DNA from: Schizochytrium sp. TIO01
Taxonomy: Eukaryota; Protista; Bigyra: Labyrinthulomycetes
NCBI GenBank assembly: GCA_004764695.1
Contig: SMSO01000025.1
Location: 930,001 to 994,000 of the forward strand
Reading direction: 5' to 3'
Length of the DNA: 64,000 nucleotides
Positions 48,971 through 60,278 of this stretch are shown here, one piece after another. The notes below the pieces were generated by a model. It ran no database searches. It was not told the origin of the DNA and saw only the letters and a list, made by a program, of their open reading frames with translations. A program made the position numbers and the translations under genes. The stretch's first letter is position 1, and every line of letters begins with the position of its first letter.

Positions 48971-51900
48971 GTTGAGGTCAATAATCTCTCTTGAGGAGAA
49001 CGTGTGGCGTCCAACCAGTCAGGGCGCTTTGCTCCCACGAAAGCTCACCTATTAAGAGTTTGATTCCTCGCCAGCCTGAGGTTTCGAGCAACAAAACGTT
49101 CAAAGTTTGCTGCACTCTATATCTACCCCAGCAATTTCAACCAATCGCTCCCGATTTTTCCTGAGGTTTCGCGAATATTCGGCCTTGGTTTGCAACACCA
49201 CCGAGGCTGTCTCAGGTCCATTCCTATTCCTAGGTACTTACATAATGCCGTACCCTTATGCACTAAGAAGGTAGTAGATGCCTATGCATGAACTATTAGA
49301 GTCATAGTGACACTGCAATAAGACATCTACTACTAATAATATATATAGCAGGTATTGATAGGCTTGCTAGTTTATTCAAGACTCCAGTGATTGTTTTGAC
49401 TCTAGCTAGAGTAAGAGTGGGAAGACTCTGCTAATCGAGTAGTTCTAGTACATGTTAACAACATCATGTACGTGCAAACAAAAAAATTGGAATGCCAGTG
49501 ATATAGTAATTCTTTAAAAAATAATAATTAAAATAGCATCCCAATTCTGTCGGTGTTGATCAAAGAGAGAGGTCTTAGGTGAACTATGACGAATAATATG
49601 GTATTACGTGTTTTTGCCACTATTTTGAGTTTGTGGTAAACGAAAAACAATTCAAACATCAAGCATTCCCTTTCCTGGACTAGAGATAAGTGTCACTTCT
49701 CTCCTCCTTTTCGAGTGCTTTGCATCAATGCTCGCTCGCATTTGCTTCAGAATCTGCACTATACATGATAGATGTACTTGTCAAATATTGAGCAGAGTGA
49801 GCATGTGTTTCTATTTCCTTCGATAGGGATAAACTCCTCGTTTTTGTAACATAATTATGTGATAGATCTGATTTTAAAAAGAAAGCTAAGCTCGGTAAAC
49901 AAAAAAAATGACAGACAGTATTGAGAGGAACAGAATTGGAAAATTATGGTCATGTTTCATTAATGAATGAATAAGAACAAATCATGAAAAGTTAAACGAA
50001 TGCAGGGGTTCATCAATATTGGTATGGTCTGGCAGGGAGCGTACCAAAGGTAAGAAGAGCAAATTACTGAAGGACTTTAACTTGCAGATCTGATAGAAAC
50101 CCGAATGTTGCCCTCGAACCAGGATTATACATTTGGACATTGTGGACTTAGAGAATTCCATTATTGTCCATTGCATTCAGATTAGTATAATAGGTATATA
50201 GGTCTCACGACTTACTATTGAACATTCTTCGTGTGTTTCTTTTTTGGCAACGGAAGTGTCATTTGGTTACTATTCTTTTTCCTTAATTTGAAATAATTAG
50301 CATCATAATTGAGAAGGGTTTCACAGGCTATCTTTTTAAAATACGCCTAATCAAAAGTACAGGAATTTCGAATTTTCTGTGGATTGCCTCAATCTTGATA
50401 AAGATTCCTTCATGTTGCGTTGATTTCATTTTGAATGTTCTAGAGTAAATGTGGCTGGTTATACTGATTCGGATGCTGTCCAAGTGAAGTTTGCGTGTTA
50501 CAGCCATCAAACTATTTAAATCAATTGCAGACTATGCGTCGTCGTCTCTCCGTGTGTTTATTGCTACAGAAATTCAACATTGATTACTTTGCTCTGTGTA
50601 TGGTCTCGAAAGGAATGGTACTTGATGTCTTCCTATTAACCCAGCAGGTTCCTTTCAAGTTCTTGTAGAGTAGGGGAGTTTGTCAGAAAGAGAAAAGGTT
50701 ACAGTCAATTGAGCACAATTAAGCATAAAACGATTTTCAGTCTATTGGTTCTAGCGACGAAAAATTCAAAATAGCTTGATTTGTAGGCTACAGAGCTAAG
50801 ATGTCTTCTCAAGTATTGCGGGTGTCATTTAGCCTATGAATCTTGCGTGCCTGCCATAAGCGCTAAATAACAGCTGCTGGCAAGATTCCAAGAAGTTTGT
50901 TCTGGCTAAACTATGGGCCCTATCCACATCCGAATTGATTCTGGGTCCTGCATGACATCATAGCTTTGATTTTTACCATAGATTAAAACACAGAAGCATA
51001 TCAAATATAGCCTGTATTTTGACTTGAGTTTTTACTTTTAAGGTAACAAGATGGATAAGAATAGCTTCTGAATATACTTTTAAAATGCATTCAGTGTTAT
51101 ATACAGTAGTGGAGAAAACACCAAGTTAGAAATAGTAGTTAGTAGGTATCACAGTACTCTGGTAACTGAGTGGCTGATTGCCTTGAGTTTGTACCCAAGA
51201 ACCAATTTTAAGGATTTGCCTATGGCTAGTAAGTACCTAAGTACTAAACCAAGTCAAATCTCCACCTTCGTATAAGTGGCCATGTGGTATATAACTTTTT
51301 ATTATTTTAAATCTATCATGACAATGACACTTGAACTAGAAATAGAATAAAATGATTATTCTACCTGGGTCATCGTTTCAAGTTATTTAGTATACTACAT
51401 GAAGGAGATATAAGTTGTTGATTTTAATTTTATTTTTCTGAACCATACTAGTAATACTAGTACATCAACTTTTAAAACAATGATAAAACAAAATGATAAA
51501 CAAAGAAAAAATAAAAAATAAGAAACAAGGCAAGCATATCAGGAGCGCGGAACCAGAAGCTCAAGACCAAGGACGCACCTTCAGTACTCGTACCCGTGGG
51601 CAAGGCAAGGTTGTAATCGCAGAAACCATCTTAGGCTCTAATATTTTTGGTGCGACCAAGAATACTCTGCGATAAGAAGCGTTTCGAACCGGAGATCATT
51701 GAGCGGCAAGTGCTTTGATTTCCAACGACGGCCACATCCCAAGCTGAGTTGCAATTCTTCTTGGCCTCTTCAAGCAGTGCCAAGAAGAGAGTCTTGAACA
51801 AGAGAAATTTTGGACTAATCGATACACCTGCTACCCCAATCATAGTAGGAAAACCTCGAGTGAAAGTCACGAAGTTTCGAAAGAGAGAGACTCCTTTTAT

Positions 51901-52106
51901 GGTTGTGGTAAACGTCTACTTTAAGGAACGATACAGGGCTTCTTCTCTGGGAATCTCAGACAAAGCAGCTTACATCTACTTTGTTGCCAAACGCTCTTAC
52001 GCAAAAGCACACCTCCTTCCTTTAGTTTGCTTGCAAAAGTGAGGGATCTCTTCGCCTTCGTCCTGTTTTTTTCGCACAGTCTGCGTTTTTGTCCAAAGGA
52101 TAACCC

Positions 52107-55100
52107 ATGTCTCAGGAACCTATTGCAGTAGGAGCAGGACCTCCCCAGAGCCCCGACCTGTTAGCAGACTTGAGCGATGAAGACGATGATCGTGAAGCAG
52201 GCTCTATGAGCGAATCTGAGAGCGACCTAGAGCAGAATCGTAGCCCCAGTCTAGTTGAACAACTTTCGCATTCCGCCACGGCTGAAAAGCATGCTGCCCC
52301 TAGTTCTTGCTCTGATACAACTGGTCAGACTGCCGTCCTCAATAACGGAAAGACAACCATTCTTGACATTACGACATCGCCTAGAGAAAGGCAAGTAGCC
52401 AAATCAAAAGGTCAACCAGAAACCACCCCAGCAGTCAGCAAACGTAAATATTTACCCTCTGCATCGCATCAAACTAGCAGAGCTACTTCAAAGAAACAAA
52501 GTTTGATACCAATGCAAGCGTTACTGATGATCATTCGTCTCATGGCGATGATGACGTTGATGAGGAACAAAATTTGGAGTCAACACACACTGTACAATTT
52601 TGCTATGATTTTGAATTGAGCCAAACCTCGTCTCAAGGGTCGGTTAGCGAAAAGGTATTCCCAGTACGACAGTCACCTTTGGAACGTGCTCGAAGAAAAA
52701 AACTCAAGCATGGGCACTCTATTAGCGTAAATACCGAGGATCAAGTTAGCGATCGCGATGGCTCAAGTCCTTGGTCTTCTATTCAGCAAATTCAGTCTAA
52801 TGAGGTGCTGCTAGATGAGGAGGACATCACAAAGCCAAGATCTAGTAAAGACACTGTATCAGTCCAACGTAGGCCTCAATTAACCCGCCCCAAGTATATT
52901 GAAAAGGAAAATTCGGATTCAAACCTTCTGAGTGATTCTTCTGTAGCATTGTTACACGGTAGAATTGGCAAAGTTACTCCTGGAAAAGAGTTGACCCAAG
53001 ACGTTGCCGAATGCAAAAATCAATACGCACACTCATCTATGAAGTTGCTTTCTACACGCAATCAAAATATTTATCCAAATTTCAGTCAGCAAGCCATAGT
53101 GTCCAGAACAGTTAAAAGCGACGGTTCTACGTCTGTATCGACCATGGTCTCGGAAAATGAGTTAGGGATTGAACTTATTTCAAAACCACATAAGATGAGA
53201 GTTGAGGGTGGTCATGGTCATGGAAGTGGAATGAATACCAAATTACCCGAGCAATCCATATTTCCAGGCAAATCGCATAGGCGACCGGCAGGTGAACACA
53301 AAAACTATTCCTTAGATCTGGATAGATGTAAGGGTGCCCATGGCCAGATCCCAGGCTGTCCCGATCATGAATGTGCTAAACCTTCGTTCCACCCACCTAT
53401 TTCAAACACCATCGTTAGTCTTTTCCAAACCGGGTCTGGTAGAACAATTCAGCTGGACAAATCATCACTGATGGCTGCTCGGGAATCCTTGGGCTCCTTG
53501 CATGCCCAAACTGTTGATGGAGATATAGAGATCAATGACGAATTTTCATTAGGAGAAGCATTCCATAAAACAAATGTGCAAGAGCTAAGCACAATGGACG
53601 AACTGATAGGCGGAAATTCAAAGTATGCCTTAGGTTCTTCATGCGAGGCTCCATCTGTTTGTAGCACAAATAACCCAAGCTTTGCGCTCAAAGGCTACAA
53701 AATACAGGATACTACTGATATTAGTCCTCAAGAACCATCAATGTCGAGTCTGAGTGAAGTCTCTCGTAGTGATGGGAATCTTAACTCTGCTCAGCCGAGC
53801 TCTGTCTCGAGTTTGTTCTCGACAGGGTCTCGCAAGCAAGTGAGCATTAGTGAAGACAGCTTGTCTTCAGCTCAGCGATCTCTTGGGCTTTCCAGTAACA
53901 GTGGCAACGTGAGCTCTGCTCAGTCGAGCTCTGTCCCGAGTTTGTTCTCGACAGGATCTGGCAAGCAAGTGAGCATTAGTGCAGATAGTTTGTCTTCAGC
54001 ACAGCGATCTCTTGGGCTTTCCAGCAATAGTGGCAACACAAGCCCTGCTCAGTCGAGCTCTGTCCCAAGTTTGTTCTCGACAGGATCTGGCAAGCAAGTG
54101 GAAATTAGTGAAGACAGCTTGTCTTCAGCTCAGCGATCTCTTGGGCTTTCCAGTAACAGTGCCAACGTGAGCTCTGGTCAGTCGAGTTCTGTCCCGAGTT
54201 TGTTCTCGACAGGATCTGGCAAGCAAGTGAGCATTAGTGCAGATAGTTTGTCTTCAGCACAGCGATCTCTTGGGCTTTCCAGTAACAGTGCCAACGCGAG
54301 CTCTGTCCCGAGTTTGTTCTCGACAGGATCTGGCAAGCAAGTGAGCATTAGTGAAGACAGCTTGTCTTCAGCTCAGCGATCTCTTGGGCTTTCCAGTAAC
54401 AGTGCCAACGTGAGCTCTGCTCAGTCAAGCTCTGTCCCAAGTTTGTTCTCGACAGGATCTGGCAAGCAAGTGGAAATTAGTGAAGACAGCTTGTCTTCAG
54501 CTCAGCGATCTCTTGGGCTTTCCAGTAACAGTGCCAACGTGAGCTCTGGTCAGTCGAGCTCTGTCCCAAGTTTGTTCTCGACAGGATCTGGCAAGCAAGT
54601 GGAAATTAGTGCAGATAGTTTGTCTTCAGCACAGCGATCTCTTGGGCTTTCCAGTAACAGTGCCAACGCGAGCTCTGTCCCGAGTTTGTTCTCGACAGGA
54701 TCTGGCAAGCAAGTGAGCATTAGTGCAGATAGTTTGTCTTCAGCACAGCGATCTCTTGGGCTTTCCAGTAACAGTGCCAACGCGAGCTCTGCTCAGTCAA
54801 GCTCTGTCCCAAGTTTGTTCTCGACAGGATCTGGCAAGCAAGTGGAAATTAGTGAAGACAGCTTGTCTTCAGCTCAGCGATCTCTTGGGCTTTCCAGTAA
54901 CAGTGCCAACGTGAGCTCTGGTCAGTCGAGTTCTGTCCCGAGTTTGTTCTCGACAGGATCTGGCAAGCAAGTGAGCATTAGTGCAGATAGTTTGTCTTCA
55001 GCACAGCGATCTCTTGGGCTTTCCAGTAACAGTGCCAACGCGAGCTCTGTCCCGAGTTTGTTCTCGACAGGATCTGGCAAGCAAGTGAGCATTAGTGAAG

Positions 55101-58100
55101 ACAGCTTGTCTTCAGCTCAGCGATCTCTTGGGCTTTCCAGTAACAGTGCCAACGCGAGCTCTGTCCCGAGTTTGTTCTCGACAGGATCTGGCAAGCAAGT
55201 GAGCATTAGTGAAGACAGCTTGTCTTCAGCTCAGCGATCTCTTGGGCTTTCCAGTAACAGTGCCAACGCGAGCTCTGTCCCGAGTTTGTTCTCGACAGGA
55301 TCTGGCAAGCAAGTGAGCATTAGTGAAGACAGCTTGTCTTCAGCACAGCGATCTCTTGGGCTTTCCAGTAACAGTGCCAACGTGAGCTCTGGTCAGTCGA
55401 GCTCTGTCCCAAGTTTGTTCTCGACAGGATCTGGCAAGCAAGTGGAAATTAGTGAAGACAGCTTGTCTTCAGCACAGCGAGCTCTTGGGCTTTCCAGTAA
55501 CAGTGCCAACGCGAGCTCTGTCCCAAGTTTGTTCTCGACAGGGTCTGGCAAGCAAATGGAAATTAGTGAAGACAGCTTATCTTCAGCACAGCGAGTACTA
55601 GAACATGCTACCCTATCTGCTGAAAGTTCTCAGTTCAAGTCACCTGCGCGTTTGGAAGGCGCATCTATACACAAGAAGTTTTCTGCTCAACAGCCTGCTA
55701 TTGCTTCGAATGTCTCTACTCCAATACGTCCCCGTGGACGTTTACCTGAACTGCGCGTTAAGTCAGCCACCTCCAGTGATACAAGACGTCCTAAACGTCC
55801 ACGTGCCTTTGTAACGCCGTTTAAAAGTGGCGGCAGTGCGCAAAAGCTAATCAAGAGGTCTGCAGCAAGTGCACCACCAAAGTTTAGTACTGCGATTGGT
55901 TCGACTTCAAAAAGTGGTCCACCCGATAAACCAACTTTAGGAATAGCAGATGCCGTTGCTCGTTGTTCTAGGTCGAGTCTAAGCAAAGTTGCCGGTTTTA
56001 TTTTTTCACAACAGAGCTCATCAGAAATGATTTGTGAGAGCGCTATAGAGCTTGGGACGCCGAAGTGGCTCCTTGCTATCAACAGTGAGAGTGCTGCGTG
56101 CGTTCGATTCTCTCCCGATAATGGACAACTTCTAGGAGTAGCACCATTCCCCTCATCTGAAGGAACTTATGATTTGGCACGTCAACGTCTTCTTGAGGTC
56201 GATGGTGTTGACGAAGAACTTGCAACAGATATCTGGACAGCAAACCATTATCGATGGATTGTTTGGAAGTTGGCATCATTCCAGCGTGTTCTTGGCTCCG
56301 CTTCATCTAATCTCGCGAGAGCTTGTACCCTCGAAAATGTTGTTTTCGAGCTTCAATATAGATATGACAGGGAGCTTTTGAAAGTTGAAAGGCCTGCACT
56401 ACGAAAAATCTTTGAAAAAGACGCGCCTGTTTCGAGACATATTGTTCTTTGTGTAGCATCAGTTGCAAAACCTGGACTTGGTTTTAATCTCGTGATGACA
56501 GACGGTTGGTATTCTATTCAGGTTATTGTTGACAACTTTCTACAGCGCTTAATTGCGAAGAAGAAAATAACTATTGGAACCAAAATCCACATTTGTGGAG
56601 CTGCGATGATAAACAATGAAGAAGGTATTGGACCCCTCGAAACAGTGACGAATAACCTCCTCCTGCCGAAGGACCAAAAGGCCCGTTTAGAACCTCGCTT
56701 GCGTCTGTCGCAGAATTGTACGTTTCCGGCAAAATGGGACACAAAATTAGGCTTCCGTCCAGAAATTATTCTTTATAAACAGCTCAAAAATATCCAGCCG
56801 TCATGGGGGACTACCGTACCGGGGTTGCGCGCTATTGTTGTACGACATTTTGAAACGCAATACTGTGAACGGGACGCTAATGGTCGCTGGATAAATCGAA
56901 ATGCTCAAGAAGAGGACCTAGCTCGTAGATCCTATGAGGACCGTGTCTCTCAAGCACGAGATGCAATCGTTGCAGAACATGAACGATCATGGGAAGACCT
57001 ATCACAGGGTTCCGGGGGATCTTCGCAGCTGAAAACTCGCGCTGCATTAATGCAGAGAAGACGTGATTCGGTGTCTAATGCACTCGCTGAAGATCCTCGA
57101 ATGCCTACCCGAAGAGAGGTTAAAACAAAATTACGAATCCTGTTACAACAACCAGGAGATGATTGCTTTGCAGAGCTTGTGATGTGGAACCCACCTCAAG
57201 AGTTTGGACGTATGTATCCCGAAGGATGCTATATTGAGCTTAATGCAATCACTGTTGTGCGACCATCGGTTGCTAACATTCCTCGTACCATTGGGTTGAA
57301 CACATCGAAAGAAACTCGTTTCAGGCCTTTAGTCAACATGCACGCAAAAGCTGGCAATGTTCGAATGCGGATAGTGCAACGTATCGAAGATCTTTGCAAA
57401 GTAGATCACAACAACAGCAACCCGTTTGCAGATGTTTATGGGGTTTTAGTCTTTAAGACGGATTATCATGCATTTTTATGCAGTGAGAGCGGCCCAGAAG
57501 ATATCATGTCTATTCGGCTTGGCCCAAAGTCACTTCTTTTAGATGATACAATTGTCTTTGGGGCTCTGATTTGTGTAAGAGATTTATTGGTGCAGCTGCG
57601 CGAGCCATCAACAGATGTCCTTGCGTGTACAGAAACCCACCATACCATTTTAGTAGCAAACCCCTCGAAGACGCTTCTGGATGAAGCTCGTTGGCAGCCC
57701 TTTGCTAATGCTGTTGGACAGTTTCAAAAGTTTCTTCTGGCAGATGAAGCTGTTGAGATTTTGAAAAGCGCAAGAGAACGTGCTGAGCGTATAACTATGG
57801 GCAAAGCCCTGAGTACCAACCAAAATCATCACACGCCTGTTAAATCAGCTGAACACTTATCGACCTCGTCTAGCTCAAAGTCAACAGGAGAGTTGCATTC
57901 CCACGCTCCACAGGCCAGAAATTCTGCTGCCAAGTCTACTATCCTTCAGAGCTCTGTCCAAGCCCCTGCAGAAGATCCGAAACGAATTCAGCGACTTCGT
58001 CTTCAGCAAGAAAAACAGGCGCAATGGAGAGAAAAATATCTTTCGAGAAAGGCTGCACAAGGTCTCGCAGTTGCTCCCACTTCACCGAATCGTTTGGCGT

Positions 58101-58579
58101 CTCAGAAACACCATACTCCAAAGGAATTAGGGTCTAAAGATTCAACTGGGACGCGTAACACATTATCTGGGTCGAAATCATTGACTCTCTTTGCCCGAAG
58201 CACGGACCTCTCTCATGTAATGGTAGGCCGCAAAACCGTCGATATTCGGAAGGCAACTCAACAAATTCAAAATCTTCGAATGGGTGACCTCATAAGTTTT
58301 ACGGACTCACATCAGAGGCAAATAGTTCGTGTAAAAGCTGCAATTCCATACGACAATGTATGTAGTGCCCTAGAGCACGAACCTCTGTCTCGATTGTTCC
58401 CACGTATTTCGTCAAGAGAGGATGCGCAGATATTGCTGAGCCAGCATATCTCGTTGAGTGACGCAGTTTATTCTCTACACTTCGAAATTCCGAACGATGA
58501 GATCAATATGCCAGGATGGGCTACCCCCTCTCCGAACACCAAATCTCGTTCTCGTTTGCAGAACCAGCAATCTTCATAA
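52107..58579 (+). CDS. BRCA2: BRCA2 homologue (16 BRC-like repeats, helical/OB DNA-binding domain, C-terminal ASCH-like domain); apparent -1 indel at ~52498
   Basis: BRC-like FSTGSGKQVSIS..SL..A...L; WTANHYRWIVWKLAS; LQYRYDREL..RPALRKIFEKD; IVLCV; MTDGWYSI; AKWDTKLGF. The upstream ORF 52107 joins as SKKQ(K)FDTN if one A is added. Confidence 0.95.
53785..55595 (+). repeat. Coding tandem array of 15 BRC-like repeats (129-bp and 114-bp units)
   Basis: 15 occurrences of SLFSTGS[GR]KQ. Eight long and six short periods sum to 1716 bp between the first and last copies. Confidence 0.97.
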
Positions 58580-58980
58580 TCAGATCAAAATCTTCTATTT
58601 GCATCATATCAGGAGGCATAGCAAAACTTAATGATTAACTCTTGTAGTATTTAGGATTGGAAATTATTCCTCCTCCTCCTCGTAAAGTTTCATGAGACTG
58701 ATGATATGCGACCCTAAGCAAATCATCCAAAGATAGAACTTCCAGCACAAATTTAATAGATCAAGTCAATACATGCAAACCATTGCCGCTCCAGGAACCG
58801 ACGTAGTCTTCATTTCCTGTCTCGTTGTTGGCATCTGCTACTATGATCTCCAAAATAGAGAATAGCTCTTATTAGTATCTAATCTGTAAAATTCGCAAAA
58901 CTTGTATTTCCTATGTTGACAAAGTGGGACCCACGACCAAAAGGTACTTTTTCGAATAATACCCTTGGATAGTAGCACCA

Positions 58981-59660
58981 AAGGATGCCTCTGACGGCGT
59001 GGATATCACGGTCGGCTACATTCTTGCATTTGGAGGATTTGAAAAGCTTGGATTTTCGGAGCTTGTTATGGATGATACCACATTCATTGCATATTTTCGA
59101 AATACAATCCTCTTGATAAATTACAAATCTGCACTAGAGGAAAGAGCAGCAATGTGAGTGAGCGCTTGATGGAGTATAAAGTGACCCCAACGACACGTCA
59201 TTCGAACTGTCTTGCTATCGATCTGTCTTGTATACTTGTTCGAATACCAAGCTTTGTCTGAGCGGCCAATGCCTCGTTTTTAGTAGGACCAACATCAAAA
59301 ACTCTGAATTATCAACAATTCCTAAATCTCTCACAGCTTGTCGTTCCTCAAGAACTCAGACAGGTGCGTCCATCTTTTCTTAAAGGTGCACTACTTTTTC
59401 CCTTTATAGCTATCACAAAGTATTGTAGGATTGCCCTTTTCGTCTTTCAAGACTTGCTTCGTTTTTTAGTCTTTCCTTATGCGTGCACCTTGATGCAGAG
59501 CCACAAGTTCGTCTTTACCTTTGGACAAGTCATAATGAAAGGCAACACCAATGTTGTATGCTCTCCTAGTAATGCTAAACCATTTTTTTAAGTTGAGTGT
59601 GCTGATCTGTCGTTAGACACGAACCTTTCTAGGACAAACTAGTATCTCCTCTTTCTTGGT
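58981..59660 (-). pseudogene. tnpB: TnpB/Fanzor2 RNA-guided nuclease pseudogene, internally deleted
   Basis: N-terminal RKVRV/LTTDQHTQLKKWFSITRRAYNIGV; ELLIIQSFDV; RQIDSKTVRMTCRWGHFILHQAL; QEDCISKICNECGIIHNKLRKSKLFKSSKCKNVADRDIHAVRGIL (Glu ahead of the zinc ribbon, then RuvC-III DRD). Confidence 0.88.
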
Positions 59661-59664
59661 TGTG

Positions 59665-60278
59665 TTACGTGCCGTCACACGCGCTCTTTTCTTTCTCGCT
59701 GCGCCTCCACCATCTTTTTTGCGCTGCCAGTTTTCCATGATGCGACGCCACAAACACGGTGATGGTGCCAAGGGGGTCTTTTGTGGAGTCCCCGGCGTGT
59801 GCATCTTGGCCATGTCACGAGTTTGACATTTTTCCTTTCAAGAAGGTGCTTATGGATGTCGACGGCGATTCGCGGTAGTCGATATTCGTGCAGGACCGAT
59901 GATTCCACTGGCGTCACAAGTGCCCACCCAGTAGGGTACGCAAACCCGGCGTTTTGAAGATGGACGTGCTACCGATGTTGTTGTAGACGGCTATGGCGCC
60001 TGGATAGGTACGCTGAACATCGACAACCTGGCGTTTGAAATCCTATTTTAGCTTGGCAGAGGACAATCTGGTTTAGATAAGGGCTGCGTTGCTCACGTAG
60101 CTGCCGGAACCGCAGCTACAGATGGCCCCATATATGAGTATATGTAACTGCCTCCGGGGAGGAACCAAAGGCCACTTGCTGAGACACCAAACTTTCAGTT
60201 GGAGTACTTTCCTGGCTCATATGGAAGGTTTATTTCACTTGTTGTGTCTGGAGCTTGTTGGTTCCTTTGCCATGCCAT
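59665..60278 (-). pseudogene. tnpA: IS607-type TnpA serine recombinase pseudogene
   Basis: MerR-like HTH remnant KFGVSASGLW..LPGGSYIY; catalytic region I*TRLSSAKLK*DFKRQVVDVQRTYPGAIAVYNNIGSTSIFKTPGLRTLL at 60078-~59930 (cf. IYARVSS..QK.DL.RQ...YP....DIGSG.NF.R.GL..LL); VLHEYRLPRIAVDI...NVKLV (cf. DRL.R); C-terminal helix DPLGTITVFVASHHGKLAA. Confidence 0.88.

Noticed and set aside
51493-52042. Short ORFs upstream of BRCA2
   Set aside because: No recognisable domain; may be 5' UTR or non-coding.
53785-55595. Regular repeat array resembling a CRISPR locus
   Set aside because: No unique spacers; units are multiples of 3 and encode BRC repeats in frame within BRCA2.
59364-59917. ORFs 59364-59591, 59613-59813 and 59675-59917 as separate genes
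   Set aside because: They are fragments or antisense frames of the decayed TnpA/TnpB element.
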